From an uncultured Gammaproteobacteria bacterium (GTDB taxonomy: Bacteria; Pseudomonadota; Gammaproteobacteria; GCA-002705445; GCA-002716945): DNA of 64,000 nucleotides. Below the pieces are notes generated by a model, which saw nothing but the letters and a program-made list of their open reading frames with translations, made no database searches and had not been told where the DNA came from. Location of the stretch: positions 171,246 through 235,245 of the forward strand of contig CACEHM010000002.1 of NCBI GenBank assembly GCA_902559355.1, given 5' to 3'. Positions 42,315 to 53,908 of this stretch are shown here, in pieces (position 1 is the first letter of the stretch; each line of letters begins with the position of its first letter). The translations under genes and the position numbers were made by a program.

Positions 42315-43580
42315 ATGAGTAATCTAATTTCTAAAAAAATACGTGGCTTCCGTGACATTCTTCCTATTGAAAGTAAGAAATTTCTTTATATCGAAAATGT
42401 AATTCATAGAATTGCACCATTATTTAATGTTCAACAAATTAGATTACCTGCTCTTGAGTCAATTGATTTATTTAAAAGATCAATAGGTGAAACATCCGAT
42501 ATAGTTACAAAAGAAATGTATTCCTTTGAGGATAGAAATAATGATATTTTGTGTATGATTCCTGAGGGAACAGCTTCATGCGTTAGACTGGCATTAGAAA
42601 ATAATCTTATCTATGATAGAGGTCCTAAAAAACAACGGTTATACTACATAGCGCCTATGTTCAGACATGAGCGCCCTCAGAAAGGAAGGTATAGACAGTT
42701 TACACAATTTGGCGCAGAGTTCTTTGGTGATACATCATACACAAATGACATAGACCTTATTTTGTTAATAACAAAGATTTTTGAAAAACTTAATTTATTA
42801 GATATTAAGTTATCTATAAATACAATTGGCACTGCTGTTGACAGAAAAAAGTATTCTCAAGAATTAGTTACATATTTTCATTCTTGTAGTGAGGAATTAT
42901 CCGATGCACAACACGATACTTTAAGTAAAAACCCCATGAGATTACTTGACAGTAAGGACCCAAAACTAAAATCTATCATTGCATCTGCCCCGCTTATTAG
43001 TGGTTTTCTTAATGAAGAATCACAAGCTAATTTTGATACTATCAAGGAAAAACTTGATAGATTAAAAATTCCTTTCATACATGATCCTAAATTAGTACGA
43101 GGACTTGATTATTATAATGACCTTGTATTTGAATGGAAAACCAATAAACTTGGTTCCCAAGACGCTGTATGTGCGGGTGGAAGATATGATAATCTATCCG
43201 AAACTATAGGAGGCAAGCCTGTCCCATCTGTAGGTTTTGCGATGGGCTTAGATCGAATTGTAGAGCTTGTAGACTATGAATCAAATGTATTAATTATTGG
43301 TCTAGCTGTCATTAGTAATTCAAATGATGAAAGTTATAAAATTCTGAACTCATTAAGAAAAATTGACTTAACATTTAATCTTATTCATATGGATGATAAT
43401 AAATCACTATCCAAGCAAATAAAGCAAGCTGATAAGTCTAACTGCGATATTTTAATAATTGTAGGCAATGATGAAATAAGTAATAATACGTTTACTGTAA
43501 AACACTTGAAATGTGACAGGAAAGACCAAAATATTCCATTTGGGCAGCTAATTGATTTAATAACAGAGTATAAGAAATGA
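42315..43580 (+). CDS. hisS: histidyl-tRNA synthetase
   Basis: Class II aaRS motifs (MFRHERPQKGRYRQFTQFG, GGRYD). Confidence 0.9.
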   Translation: MSNLISKKIRGFRDILPIESKKFLYIENVIHRIAPLFNVQQIRLPALESIDLFKRSIGETSDIVTKEMYSFEDRNNDILCMIPEGTASCVRLALENNLIYDRGPKKQRLYYIAPMFRHERPQKGRYRQFTQFGAEFFGDTSYTNDIDLILLITKIFEKLNLLDIKLSINTIGTAVDRKKYSQELVTYFHSCSEELSDAQHDTLSKNPMRLLDSKDPKLKSIIASAPLISGFLNEESQANFDTIKEKLDRLKIPFIHDPKLVRGLDYYNDLVFEWKTNKLGSQDAVCAGGRYDNLSETIGGKPVPSVGFAMGLDRIVELVDYESNVLIIGLAVISNSNDESYKILNSLRKIDLTFNLIHMDDNKSLSKQIKQADKSNCDILIIVGNDEISNNTFTVKHLKCDRKDQNIPFGQLIDLITEYKK

Positions 43581-44170
43581 GTGATGAAGAAAAGGTTGTA
43601 AGTTGGCTAGAAGAAAATTATAAAGGTTTGATTGTAGGTGTAATTATAGGATTAAGCATTCTTTATGGTTACAAAGCCTACATATCAAATCAAAATACCA
43701 AACAGTTGAATTTATCTCGTGAGTATGATCTCGCAATAAACGAATATAATAGTGGAAAGATAAATGAAGTTTTAAAATTTTCCAGAAATAATATTTCTCA
43801 AAATCCTGAAAATATATATACAAGCTTAGCAAGCTTGTATTCAGCAAAGGAAATGTATAAGCAAAATAATTTTGAGGAGGCATATGTATTTTTAGAGCAC
43901 ATCATAAAATATTCATCTGATAAAGAAATAAAAAGCCTCGCTAAATACAGAAAAGCTAAATTACTTATTGAAGAGCAAAGATATGAGGAGGCTCACTTAT
44001 TAATAGGAGATGAGCCAGATAATTATCAACATATTGAATTAAAAGGAGATCTATATTTAATTCAAAATCAATACACCAAAGCAATCAATCATTATAATGA
44101 TGTTCTTACTTATAGCATCACACCAAATGAAAGAAAAAATATTATTGCTAAAATAAATTTAATCAAATGA
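43577..44170 (+). CDS. YfgM-like TPR membrane protein (ancillary SecYEG subunit)
   Basis: One N-terminal TM helix plus TPR-like helices, at the conserved hisS-yfgM-bamB-der position. Confidence 0.5.
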   Translation: MSDEEKVVSWLEENYKGLIVGVIIGLSILYGYKAYISNQNTKQLNLSREYDLAINEYNSGKINEVLKFSRNNISQNPENIYTSLASLYSAKEMYKQNNFEEAYVFLEHIIKYSSDKEIKSLAKYRKAKLLIEEQRYEEAHLLIGDEPDNYQHIELKGDLYLIQNQYTKAINHYNDVLTYSITPNERKNIIAKINLIK

Positions 44171-45426
44171 TTACTCTTAAACCCTTTATTATTGTATTTC
44201 TTTTGTTTATTACATCATGTTCTAATTTATTAACTTGGCATCTTGATAAAGGTATCCACAAACAAGCTAAGATTGATGCAAATCAATCACCATCCGCGCA
44301 GGATGATGATAATGAAGTTATAGTCAAGGTCGATATCTCAGCGAATATGGTATGGTCGAAATCTATAAATTCTGGATTAGAGGGCAATAGTGGATATCTG
44401 TATCCAGTAAAAAATAATAACACTATTTACACTGTTGACACTGATGGACTATTATCTGCGATAGATTTGACGAACGGTAATGTAAACTGGGCTATACCTA
44501 CAAATAGAGAGATCAGTTCTGGCTTAAGTGTGCTAAATGATTCGATATGTCTTGGCACAGCGAGAGCTAAATTAATATGTCATAATATTAATCAACTTGC
44601 TTCAAATAAACACACACCTATAATTACCTCATTGTCCAATCTGACAAAATTCTCTGAATATCCAGTGGATACTGAAGTGGATTTGATCACTGAACTAGCA
44701 GCCCCAGTTGTAGGTATTAATAACCTATTTTTACTTAAACTTGATAATGATGATTTATATTTAATAAATCCAGATAACGCAGAAGTCATTTGGAAGTCTG
44801 AAAGTCAAAATATTCCTTTGAGAACGAAAGGTTCCTCTAGACCATTATATCTTGATAATGCTGTCTTTGTTGCTAGAGACAATGGTTCTGTTTCTTCTTA
44901 TAGTGCTATCGATGGAACACTGAACTGGTTTACAATAATCTCCTCAAGATCTGGAAGAAATGATCTAGAGTCACAAAGAGATGCAGAAATGGAGATTCTC
45001 ATAGACAATGATAAATTATATTATGGGCATTTCCAGGGTGAACTCAATGCTCTTGATATTAATACTGGGAACATTATATGGACTAGTCCATTTTCATTTA
45101 TCAATAATATTATTATAAATAATAATTCAATCTACGGGTCTACATCAGATAATATGATTGTTTCTATTGACCAAGCATCAGGCTTTGTAAACTGGAAAAG
45201 TAAGACCTCAAGTGAGCAACTTACGCAGCCATTCATTATTAGTGATGTGGTTATGGCTTTTACTACCAAAGGAACATTAGTAGCATTTAATCAGGATGGT
45301 TACCTTATTTATGAAAAAGCATTTGACTTGGACATACACTCTCAGACACAATTTATGCAAGATGGAAATAAACTATATTTTCAAACCATAGATGGTGATA
45401 TAGTTCATTTTATAATTAATCTATAA
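44167..45426 (+). CDS. bamB: outer-membrane protein assembly factor BamB (PQQ beta-propeller lipoprotein)
   Basis: Lipobox LFITSCS, repeated PQQ-like blades (NW-containing repeats), located upstream of der. Confidence 0.7.
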   Translation: MITLKPFIIVFLLFITSCSNLLTWHLDKGIHKQAKIDANQSPSAQDDDNEVIVKVDISANMVWSKSINSGLEGNSGYLYPVKNNNTIYTVDTDGLLSAIDLTNGNVNWAIPTNREISSGLSVLNDSICLGTARAKLICHNINQLASNKHTPIITSLSNLTKFSEYPVDTEVDLITELAAPVVGINNLFLLKLDNDDLYLINPDNAEVIWKSESQNIPLRTKGSSRPLYLDNAVFVARDNGSVSSYSAIDGTLNWFTIISSRSGRNDLESQRDAEMEILIDNDKLYYGHFQGELNALDINTGNIIWTSPFSFINNIIINNNSIYGSTSDNMIVSIDQASGFVNWKSKTSSEQLTQPFIISDVVMAFTTKGTLVAFNQDGYLIYEKAFDLDIHSQTQFMQDGNKLYFQTIDGDIVHFIINL

Positions 45427-45430
45427 CTCC

Positions 45431-46756
45431 ATGACTGATTCAATCGCCCTTGTTGGCAGAACTAATGTAGGAAAATCTCTATTATTTAATAAATTAGTTC
45501 AGTATAAAAACTCGATAGTTCTAAATAAACATGGCGTTACAAGAGATGTCAATCAAGGCAAACTTTTGTATGAAGATAAATATCTACATTTATATGATAC
45601 AGCAGGTATAACATCTCAAGATGAACAGTTCACCAAACTAGCCTATGAAAAAACACTGCAAGCTATAGATAAATCATCAGTCGTACTATTTGTTACCTCA
45701 TTAGAAGATGGTGTTACATCCAGCGATAAAGAAATATGTTCAATATTGAGAAAACTTAATAAAGAGATTATTTTGGTAATTAATAAATCTGATAAACAGA
45801 AATCTATCCTTAAAAAGTATGAATTTTCAGAATTAGGAATTAATAATTCTTTTGAAGTCTCAGCTAAAACAAACAAAGGACTGCTTGATTTAATAAAAAA
45901 AACTTTTTCTTTAACTAACTCAGGTATTTATTCTGAAATAAAAACCAATCGAATTGCATTCATAGGAAAACCAAATGTAGGAAAATCAACTTTGATTAAT
46001 AGCATTTTAAATGAAAGTAGATCCATAATATCTGATACTCCAGGCACAACTATAGATTCACTTGAAATACCTTTTACATTTAAAGATCAAAACTACTTGA
46101 TTTATGATACTGCTGGTATTATGAAAAAATCCTCTACTAAAGATATTATCAATAAATATTCTATAAATATGTCATTAAAATGCATTAACGATGCAAATGT
46201 ATGCATACTAGTCATATCGGGTACTGAACTTGTATCAAAACAAGATAAAAATATATTTAATATAATTAAAGAAAACAATAAACCATTTATTCTTGTAATA
46301 AATAAAGTTGATTTAATAAATAAAAATGATATGAAAAAACTTAGAAGTAGTATTGATTATTTTTCTAATATTTTATTTGGAACAAAAATTATCTATTTAT
46401 CGGCACTTGAAAATAGAAATATAAGAAAACTTCTTTTTACAATCAAAGGATTGGTTTCTAACTTACATAAAGAATATAGACCATCAAAGCTGACAAAAAT
46501 ATTAAATGACGCGTGTAATAAACATCCAGTAAAAAATAATCGCAACAGATTAATAAAACTTAAATTTGCAAAACAGAACAAAAGTTCTGATTTCTCGATT
46601 TCAATACATGGAAATCAAACTGATAAGATTCCAGATTCATATCGGAAATATTTAGTAAATTATTTTTCAGATCAGTTGGGACTTTCAGGTGTTCCTATAA
46701 GATTAATTTTTAAAAAAGAAAAGAACCCATATGATATGGGTTCTAATTCAAAATAA
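45431..46756 (+). CDS. der: ribosome-biogenesis GTPase Der (EngA)
   Basis: Two G domains (GRTNVGKSLLFN, GKPNVGKSTLIN) and a KH-like C-terminus. Confidence 0.9.
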   Translation: MTDSIALVGRTNVGKSLLFNKLVQYKNSIVLNKHGVTRDVNQGKLLYEDKYLHLYDTAGITSQDEQFTKLAYEKTLQAIDKSSVVLFVTSLEDGVTSSDKEICSILRKLNKEIILVINKSDKQKSILKKYEFSELGINNSFEVSAKTNKGLLDLIKKTFSLTNSGIYSEIKTNRIAFIGKPNVGKSTLINSILNESRSIISDTPGTTIDSLEIPFTFKDQNYLIYDTAGIMKKSSTKDIINKYSINMSLKCINDANVCILVISGTELVSKQDKNIFNIIKENNKPFILVINKVDLINKNDMKKLRSSIDYFSNILFGTKIIYLSALENRNIRKLLFTIKGLVSNLHKEYRPSKLTKILNDACNKHPVKNNRNRLIKLKFAKQNKSSDFSISIHGNQTDKIPDSYRKYLVNYFSDQLGLSGVPIRLIFKKEKNPYDMGSNSK

Positions 46757-46761
46757 TTCAA

Positions 46762-47034
46762 TTAGTCGGCTGTTTTTGGACTAATTATATTTTTTACTTC
46801 TGAGATACTATTTGCAGGAAAACCACCTGTGTTAGCATGCTCTTTGATAAGTTCTGCATTATCAGCATTATAGACACAGTAAACTTTATCTCCTGTTACA
46901 TAACTTTGAACCCATTCGATACCAGTACCCATATCTTTAAGAATTCCACATGATTTTTGTGAAATACCCTTTAGATCATCAGATGTAAGATCTCCAGCAC
47001 CTGCTATCTCTCTTTCTATTACATATTGTGGCAT
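46762..47034 (-). CDS. DUF4242-family small protein
   Basis: MPQYVIEREIAGAGDLTSDDL...GFPANSISEV resembles the DUF4242 consensus (MP.F..ER...GAG.LT..EL...GFPA). Confidence 0.4.
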   Translation of the reverse strand: MPQYVIEREIAGAGDLTSDDLKGISQKSCGILKDMGTGIEWVQSYVTGDKVYCVYNADNAELIKEHANTGGFPANSISEVKNIISPKTAD

Positions 47035-47102
47035 ATTACCCCTCCTTTATTTATATCTTGATATTATCTTATTATATTAATTAATTATCAAGCATACATA
47101 GT

Positions 47103-47918
47103 CTAGTTATTAATCAATTCTAGCGGATCTATGTAACTATTATTGAGCATGACCGACCAATGCAAGTGTGGCCCTGTTGATAGACCCGTTGATCCAATGG
47201 CTCCTATGATTTGACCTTTCTCAATAATGTCATCTTTTTTCACAGCTATTTCATCTAGATGAAGAAATATACTAATAAGATTATTTCCATGGTTTACCAT
47301 TATAAATTTACCATTATAATAGTAGTCTCCAGTGAGAGTCACTATTCCTGATGAAGGTGCATATACTGGAGAACCTAAGTCTGCAGCAATATCATATCCA
47401 TTATGATAATTACCTTTTTTACCATTATAATATCTGACTGTACCATATGTACCTGATGATGGTCCTACCGCTGGCATAGTAAACTTATAATCAGGAAACC
47501 TATCATAGGTTTGTTTTTTTGCTTTAATCATTTCGTCTCTTTCTTTTGCTATACGCTTATATTCATCTTCTGTTTTAGTTTTAAACTTTTTTATTTCAAT
47601 TCTTTGAATAGGATATTTATTTTTTAAAATATTTAAAGTCACTTTCTTAATGATTTTTTCACTCTTGAATATAAACTGATTCTTACCATCTTTTGTATAA
47701 TAAGGGATACCAAATAGTAGATAGGGACTGTTATCTTTTAAGACCTTAGTAGTTAGATTGCTATTATAATAAAAGTTCATCGATCTTTCATTTTCTTCTA
47801 ATGAAATAAAAACAATATCACCAGGACTATAATCTGTATCTGAATATGTATTTACAGAAAAAATAAAAAGTATCGATAATATTAGTAATCTAGATAAGAT
47901 TGGTATTTTTCCATCCAT
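47103..47918 (-). CDS. M23-family metallopeptidase (peptidoglycan DD-endopeptidase)
   Basis: An N-terminal signal/TM segment and M23 motifs (HNGYDIAA...GSPVYA; NHG; TGLSTGPHLHWSV). Confidence 0.8.
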   Translation of the reverse strand: MDGKIPILSRLLILSILFIFSVNTYSDTDYSPGDIVFISLEENERSMNFYYNSNLTTKVLKDNSPYLLFGIPYYTKDGKNQFIFKSEKIIKKVTLNILKNKYPIQRIEIKKFKTKTEDEYKRIAKERDEMIKAKKQTYDRFPDYKFTMPAVGPSSGTYGTVRYYNGKKGNYHNGYDIAADLGSPVYAPSSGIVTLTGDYYYNGKFIMVNHGNNLISIFLHLDEIAVKKDDIIEKGQIIGAIGSTGLSTGPHLHWSVMLNNSYIDPLELINN

Positions 47919-48258
47919 TTTTCTTTTTCTTTATTTCTACGTATGTAGTTATGCCACCTCTAACTTTCCAATGAGCATTAATCTTCATGAATCTGGGTTT
48001 TATGAGCGTAAAAAGGTGGTTAAAGATCTTGTTAGTGATGTCTTCGTGAAAAGCCCCAATATCCCTATACGAACCCATGTATAATTTGAGCGACTTGAGC
48101 TCAACACATAACTTATCAGGAACATATTCAAGATAAAATTCTGCAAAATCTGGTTGCGACGTTAAAGGACAAATACATGTGAATTCAGGTATATCCATTT
48201 TTATAAGATAATCATCTTTCTTTTGTGGATTTTCAAATGTCTCTAAAATATCTTTCAT
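47890..48258 (-). CDS. queF: NADPH-dependent 7-cyano-7-deazaguanine reductase QueF (type I)
   Basis: Catalytic-Cys motif EFTCICPLTSQPDFA and the QueF motif ELKSLKLYM. Confidence 0.75.
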   Translation of the reverse strand: MKDILETFENPQKKDDYLIKMDIPEFTCICPLTSQPDFAEFYLEYVPDKLCVELKSLKLYMGSYRDIGAFHEDITNKIFNHLFTLIKPRFMKINAHWKVRGGITTYVEIKKKKNGWKNTNLI

Positions 48259-48321
48259 ATGAATTATAAAGTCAATCTATAGTATAATACAAAATAACAT
48301 ATTATAATTTAAAATCATCAA

Positions 48322-51102
48322 ATGAGATTATCTAGAATAAAATTATCAGGCTTTAAAACATTTGTTGATTCTACTTCTCTAAACTTACCAAGTAATCTAA
48401 CTGGTATCGTAGGACCAAATGGATGCGGCAAGTCAAATATTATAGATGCAATCAGATGGGTTATGGGAGAATCATCAGCCCGAAATTTACGGGGAGAAAC
48501 AATGGATGATGTCATATTCTCAGGTTCATCATCAAGAAGTGAAGTAAGCCATGCTAGTATCGAACTATTATTTGACAACTCAGACAATAAACTAGATTCA
48601 AAATTTGCAAAATTCAGTGAGATCATGATACGCCGAGAAGCTAATCGTGATGGGACTTCAACGTATTTTTTAAATAATGCTCGTTGTAGAAGAAAAGATA
48701 TTAGAGAGGTTTTTCTTGGAACGGGACTTGGGCCTAGAAGTTATGCAATTATCGAGCAAGGTATGATATCGAAGATTATAGATTCAAAACCTGAGGAACT
48801 AAGAACATACTTAGAAGAAGCAGCTGGAATTAGTAAATATAAAGAAAAAAGAAGAGAAACTGAGTTGCGACTAAAGCATACCTCTGAAAACCTATCTAGA
48901 TTAAATGATATTATGCGTGAAATAAATTCATCTTTGACAAAACTTCAAAAACAAGCCAGAGATGCGGAATTATACAAAGAATTAAAATCTAAAGAAGAAA
49001 GTTTGAAAATAAAAATCACCGCAAAAAAAATCATAAGCTTTGATGGAAAATTAGAAGATTCTAAAAAAGAAAATCACACATACTTAGTTCAAAAAGAAAA
49101 ATATAAATCAGAGTCAACAGGATATGTTAGTAAAGTTGATGAATTAAGATTATCCAGAGATACTGAACAAGACAGATATGCAAAAATTCAATCAGAGTCA
49201 TTTCATATTGCTGCTGAGATTGCTAGAGCAGAAAAAGATATAGAATACACCCAACAAATCGAAACAAGCAAAAAAGATAATATTAATGACATAAATACAG
49301 ATATTGAAAAAATTCAAACCCAAATAGACGATTTAAATAATAAAAAATTATTAAACAATAATTTAATTGATAAAAATGAAATTAATAAAAAAGAATTAGA
49401 AACAAAAATAAAAAATATAGATAAAGCAATTAAAGATTCTTCATTCTCACTTCAGAACTGGCAGTCAAACTTTAATAAATTCCTTGCTGATAAACTTGAG
49501 CTACAAAAGAAAATTGAACTAGAAAAATCTAGAATAGAGTCTTATATTGAAAATATTAAAAATTTGGAAAATAGACTTGATAAATATAATGAATCTGATG
49601 ACTCTACTGAAAATAATATTCAAATAGAACTTCTAGAAAACTCTGAGGTATTCCAAAAAAAGTTAATTAATTTTAAAGTTGACTACGAAAGGTATATAAA
49701 AAAACTTCCATCTGATGCAACTAAATCTCTAAATCAGATGTTAAATAATTTAATTGATGAATTTAAAGGGATTGTTATCAAAATTAAGGAAAATAATAAA
49801 TCTGTTAGACAACAAATTAAAGATACACAAAATAATATCAAAATTTATAAAGATAAAATTATATCAAGCGAAGATCTGCTAATTAAGTTTGCTAATCAAA
49901 ATGATGAATATGAAAAACATAAAAATTATCTTGAAAAACAAAAAATAGACTTAAAACAAGTCCATGATAAATTAAACTGGCAATTTAATGAGTCTTCTGA
50001 AGAGCTTAATGTCAAAAATGTTCAAGTCACAACTTTAAAGACTGAAATCTCATCTTATGCAGATAACCTTGCTAGATCATCAGCTGATATAGATGTACTC
50101 GTCCAAAAAAAACAAGAATTATTGTCTAATTCTGAAAAACCCATTGGATTAAACATTAAAAACAAACTACATAATTTTATAAATCATAAAAAAGAAAAAG
50201 ATATACAACTTACAAAATCTCAAGACAAAATATCTTATATTGATAATGAAATTAGACAATATGAAGATATGATAGGCAAATTATCAATCAAATCACAATC
50301 AGTGGAGAAGCAAATAAATGATTCGAATATTGCTCTAGCTGAAATAAAAACAAATAAACTTGCGTTATTAGAAAATTCAGACTTCGATAAAGATAGAATA
50401 TTACAAACAATTAAAACTATTGATGAAATCGCATTAGATGATAATGAAAAGATGTTGTCTGAGACTAAGAATAAAATTGATAAGTTAGGTGCTATCAACC
50501 TTGCAGCTATAGACGAGCTTAAAGAGCAGGAGGAACGTAAGATATATCTTGATAAGCAATTTGAAGATCTTACAAAATCTGTGGAAATACTTGAAAGCGC
50601 AATAAAGAAAATCGATATTGAAACAAAATCTAAATTTAAAGATACTTTTGATGCTATCAATAAAAATCTTTCTTACTTTTTCCCGAAAATCTTTGGTGGT
50701 GGGAAATCTTATTTGGAGCTTACTGATAACGATTTACTAAATACAGGTGTTAATATTATGGCTAAGCCGCCAGGCAAATTAGTTAAAAATTTAAACTTAC
50801 TATCAGGTGGTGAAAAAGCAGGTACAGGAATTGCATTTGTTTTTTCTATCTTTAGAATCAATCCTGCTCCTTTCTGTTTACTTGATGAGGTAGATGCACC
50901 ACTAGATGAGGCTAATAACGAAAGGTTTTGTAACGTTGTTAAAGAGATGTCTGAAACAGTCCAATTTATATTTATTACTCATAACAAATCAACTATGCAA
51001 ATGGCAGACGTTCTATCAGGTGTCACCATGAGAGAGGCTGGAGTCTCTAAGATGGTATCTGTTAATGTGGAAGATGCTCTTCAAATGACATCAGAAAATT
51101 AA
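48322..51102 (+). CDS. smc: chromosome segregation protein SMC (short, 926 aa)
   Basis: N-terminal Walker A GPNGCGKSNIIDAIRWVMGE, long coiled coils, the C-terminal LSGGEK signature, and Walker B LLDEVDAPLD. It is followed by ligA. Confidence 0.8.
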   Translation: MRLSRIKLSGFKTFVDSTSLNLPSNLTGIVGPNGCGKSNIIDAIRWVMGESSARNLRGETMDDVIFSGSSSRSEVSHASIELLFDNSDNKLDSKFAKFSEIMIRREANRDGTSTYFLNNARCRRKDIREVFLGTGLGPRSYAIIEQGMISKIIDSKPEELRTYLEEAAGISKYKEKRRETELRLKHTSENLSRLNDIMREINSSLTKLQKQARDAELYKELKSKEESLKIKITAKKIISFDGKLEDSKKENHTYLVQKEKYKSESTGYVSKVDELRLSRDTEQDRYAKIQSESFHIAAEIARAEKDIEYTQQIETSKKDNINDINTDIEKIQTQIDDLNNKKLLNNNLIDKNEINKKELETKIKNIDKAIKDSSFSLQNWQSNFNKFLADKLELQKKIELEKSRIESYIENIKNLENRLDKYNESDDSTENNIQIELLENSEVFQKKLINFKVDYERYIKKLPSDATKSLNQMLNNLIDEFKGIVIKIKENNKSVRQQIKDTQNNIKIYKDKIISSEDLLIKFANQNDEYEKHKNYLEKQKIDLKQVHDKLNWQFNESSEELNVKNVQVTTLKTEISSYADNLARSSADIDVLVQKKQELLSNSEKPIGLNIKNKLHNFINHKKEKDIQLTKSQDKISYIDNEIRQYEDMIGKLSIKSQSVEKQINDSNIALAEIKTNKLALLENSDFDKDRILQTIKTIDEIALDDNEKMLSETKNKIDKLGAINLAAIDELKEQEERKIYLDKQFEDLTKSVEILESAIKKIDIETKSKFKDTFDAINKNLSYFFPKIFGGGKSYLELTDNDLLNTGVNIMAKPPGKLVKNLNLLSGGEKAGTGIAFVFSIFRINPAPFCLLDEVDAPLDEANNERFCNVVKEMSETVQFIFITHNKSTMQMADVLSGVTMREAGVSKMVSVNVEDALQMTSEN

Positions 51103-51117
51103 TCTATCTGCCAATAA

Positions 51118-53124
51118 TTGTTTATGACTGATGAAAAAAATATAAAGATGCGTTATCAAGAACTAATCAGTATCATTAATAAACATAATCTGCTGTATCA
51201 CTCGTATGACTCCCCAGAGATATCTGACTCTGAGTATGATAATTTATATAAAGAGTTAAAGATAATTGAAAGTAATAATCCAAAGATCATTAAAATTAAT
51301 TCTCCTACTCAAAGGGTAGGTGCAAGTTTATTGGACCATTTTGATAAAATTAAACATGATATTCCCATGCTTTCCTTATCAAATGCAGCTGATGAATCGG
51401 AATTTAAAGACTATTATGTCAGAATAACAAAGTCATTATCTTCATCTAATGTTGAATTATTTGCTGAGCCTAAATTTGATGGTTTGGCTGTCAGCATTAC
51501 TTATAAAGACGGCAAGTTTGATAAAGCCGTTACAAGAGGTGATGGATATATTGGAGAAGATGTAACACAAAATGTGAAGACGATCAAATCGATACCATTG
51601 TTCATAAAGGATAAGCATCTCCCTAGTAAATTCACACTCAAAGGAGAGGTATTTATAGATAAAAAAGATTTTGAAATAATTAATAAGGAGCTTAATAACA
51701 AAGAGGATAAAAAATATTCAAATCCTAGAAATTTAGCTGCTGGAAGTATACGACAATTAGACCCCTTAGTTGCATCAAATCGTAATTTAAAGTTATTTAT
51801 TCATGGAATATCAGATTATGAAAAATTCAGACATATCAATAAGCATGATATCTTAATAGAACATCTAAAAGATCTTGGTTTCCCAATAAATAAATATTAT
51901 AAGGTATTAAAAAATTTAGACGAGGCTATTCATTATTTCAATGAGATGAAAAAAACTAGAAATTCTATTCCTTATGAGATTGATGGCCTTGTTTATCGCA
52001 TAAATAACTTAACTGATTATAAAACCCTAGGCTCTACTTCAAAAGCGCCTAAATGGGCAATTGCATATAAATTTAAAGCGTTGGAAGCACTAACAAGAAT
52101 ACGTGATGTTACTTTCCAAGTTGGGAGAACAGGTACCATAACGCCTGTTGCTGAACTCGATAAAGTAAATATTGGCGGGGTAAGTGTTTCAAGGGCAACA
52201 CTCCATAATTTTTCAGAAATTAGATCGAAAGATATACATATAAACGATTATGTCTATGTTAAAAGAGCAGGTGATGTAATTCCAGATATTGACAGAGTTG
52301 AATTGAAAAAGAGGAATAATGTAAAAAAAATTAGCACACCAAAAAGATGTCCAAGTTGCAACAGCCTATTATCACAGCTTGAAGGACAAATTGCTTTCAG
52401 ATGTCTAAATTCAAAAAAATGTACTCCTCAGATAGAGCAAACTATAATTCATTTTATCTCACGCAAAGCCATGAATATAGTTGGAATAGGCGATCAAATA
52501 ATAAAAGAGCTTGTTTCTAAAAAAATAATATCTAGATCTGCTGATTTATTTATCCTTGATAAGGCTAGCTTTGAAAAACTTGATCGTGTAGGGGATAAGT
52601 CGATTAATAATTATTTGTCTGCTATAGAGAAATCTAAAACTGTAACATTTGATAAGTTTATTTTTGCACTAGGTATCAAAGAGGTAGGTGAAGCATCATC
52701 TAAATCACTAGCAAGGACCTTTAAAAGTATTAATGAATTTTTAAAATGCAATAAAGATAACCTTATCGAGATCAATGACATTGGCCCAATAGTTGCTGAT
52801 AATATTATTGATTTTATAAAAGACTCTGATAATAAAAAAAATATTACGGACCTCTTAAATTCTGGGATTAATCTTAACTATCCGTCACATACAAGTAACT
52901 ATAAAGTAGTAGTAATAACCGGAAAATTTCTAACTCTCTCTAGAGATGAAATTATTAATGATCTTACGAAGCTTGGATATCATGTTTCCAACACTGTATC
53001 TAAAAAGACTGAATTTTTAATCTGTGGAGAAAAGCCAGGAAGCAAAGAAAAAAAAGCCAATGACCTCGGTATAAAAATTATTTATGAAGATGAGCTCGTC
53101 AAGCTTCTCGCAAAAGCTCATTGA
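51118..53124 (+). CDS. ligA: NAD-dependent DNA ligase
   Basis: Adenylation motif KFDGLAV, an OB fold, a Cys4 zinc finger (CPSCNS...C..KC), HhH motifs and a C-terminal BRCT domain. Confidence 0.95.
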   Translation: MFMTDEKNIKMRYQELISIINKHNLLYHSYDSPEISDSEYDNLYKELKIIESNNPKIIKINSPTQRVGASLLDHFDKIKHDIPMLSLSNAADESEFKDYYVRITKSLSSSNVELFAEPKFDGLAVSITYKDGKFDKAVTRGDGYIGEDVTQNVKTIKSIPLFIKDKHLPSKFTLKGEVFIDKKDFEIINKELNNKEDKKYSNPRNLAAGSIRQLDPLVASNRNLKLFIHGISDYEKFRHINKHDILIEHLKDLGFPINKYYKVLKNLDEAIHYFNEMKKTRNSIPYEIDGLVYRINNLTDYKTLGSTSKAPKWAIAYKFKALEALTRIRDVTFQVGRTGTITPVAELDKVNIGGVSVSRATLHNFSEIRSKDIHINDYVYVKRAGDVIPDIDRVELKKRNNVKKISTPKRCPSCNSLLSQLEGQIAFRCLNSKKCTPQIEQTIIHFISRKAMNIVGIGDQIIKELVSKKIISRSADLFILDKASFEKLDRVGDKSINNYLSAIEKSKTVTFDKFIFALGIKEVGEASSKSLARTFKSINEFLKCNKDNLIEINDIGPIVADNIIDFIKDSDNKKNITDLLNSGINLNYPSHTSNYKVVVITGKFLTLSRDEIINDLTKLGYHVSNTVSKKTEFLICGEKPGSKEKKANDLGIKIIYEDELVKLLAKAH

Positions 53125-53908
53125 TACCGACTTTACTCAAAGTCTTTGCATCAACTTTTTTTACAATTACTGCGCAGTATAAGTTGCATGTACCGTCTTT
53201 TGATGGAAGCGAACCTGAGACTACAACAGAGCCTTCGGGAACTTCACCATATGAAACTGACTTGGTTTCTCTGTCATATATCTTTGTACTTTTTCCTATA
53301 AAGACTCCCATAGAAATTACTGAATTTTTTCTTACAATGACGCCTTCTACAACTTCAGACCTTGCTCCTATAAAGCAATTATCTTCAATTATCGTTGGGG
53401 AGGCTTGTAAAGGTTCCAGAACACCACCTATACCTACACCACCGGATAAGTGTACATTTTCGCCTATCTGAGCACATGACCCTACTGTTGCCCATGTATC
53501 AACCATTGTTCCTTCACCGACGTATGCACCAATATTTACAAATGATGGCATTAAGACTACATTCTTATCTATAAAGGACCCATGACGCGCTATAGCCTGT
53601 GGAACTATTCGAATATTCTTTTCTTTTAGAAACTGTTCTGAAGTGTATAAAAATTTTGAATCAACTTTATCATAAAATTTTGTATAGCCTGTATCAATTG
53701 CTTTATTTTGATTTAATCTAAACGATAGTAAAATAGCCTTTTTAGCCCATTCATTTACAGTCCATTGGCCATCTTTATTTTCAGCAACTCTTAATATACC
53801 CTGATCTAGAGAAGATATAGTTTCCGATACAGCATTTGATACGTGCTTCTTATTATCATCAGTTATACCACTCTCGAATGCTTCATTAATTATATCTGTG
53901 TTATTCAT
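53099..53908 (-). CDS. dapD: 2,3,4,5-tetrahydropyridine-2,6-dicarboxylate N-succinyltransferase
   Basis: Left-handed beta-helix hexapeptide repeats with DapD N- and C-termini. Confidence 0.85.
   Translation of the reverse strand: MNNTDIINEAFESGITDDNKKHVSNAVSETISSLDQGILRVAENKDGQWTVNEWAKKAILLSFRLNQNKAIDTGYTKFYDKVDSKFLYTSEQFLKEKNIRIVPQAIARHGSFIDKNVVLMPSFVNIGAYVGEGTMVDTWATVGSCAQIGENVHLSGGVGIGGVLEPLQASPTIIEDNCFIGARSEVVEGVIVRKNSVISMGVFIGKSTKIYDRETKSVSYGEVPEGSVVVSGSLPSKDGTCNLYCAVIVKKVDAKTLSKVGINELLREA

Noticed and set aside
48318-48626. 102-aa minus-strand ORF antisense to the 5' end of smc
   Set aside because: A shadow ORF opposite a strongly supported conserved gene, with no motif of its own.
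50235-53471. Antisense ORFs within smc (50235-50660), ligA (51501-51701) and dapD (53121-53471)
   Set aside because: The same shadow-ORF argument applies. The dapD-antisense ORF simply mirrors the hexapeptide-repeat region.
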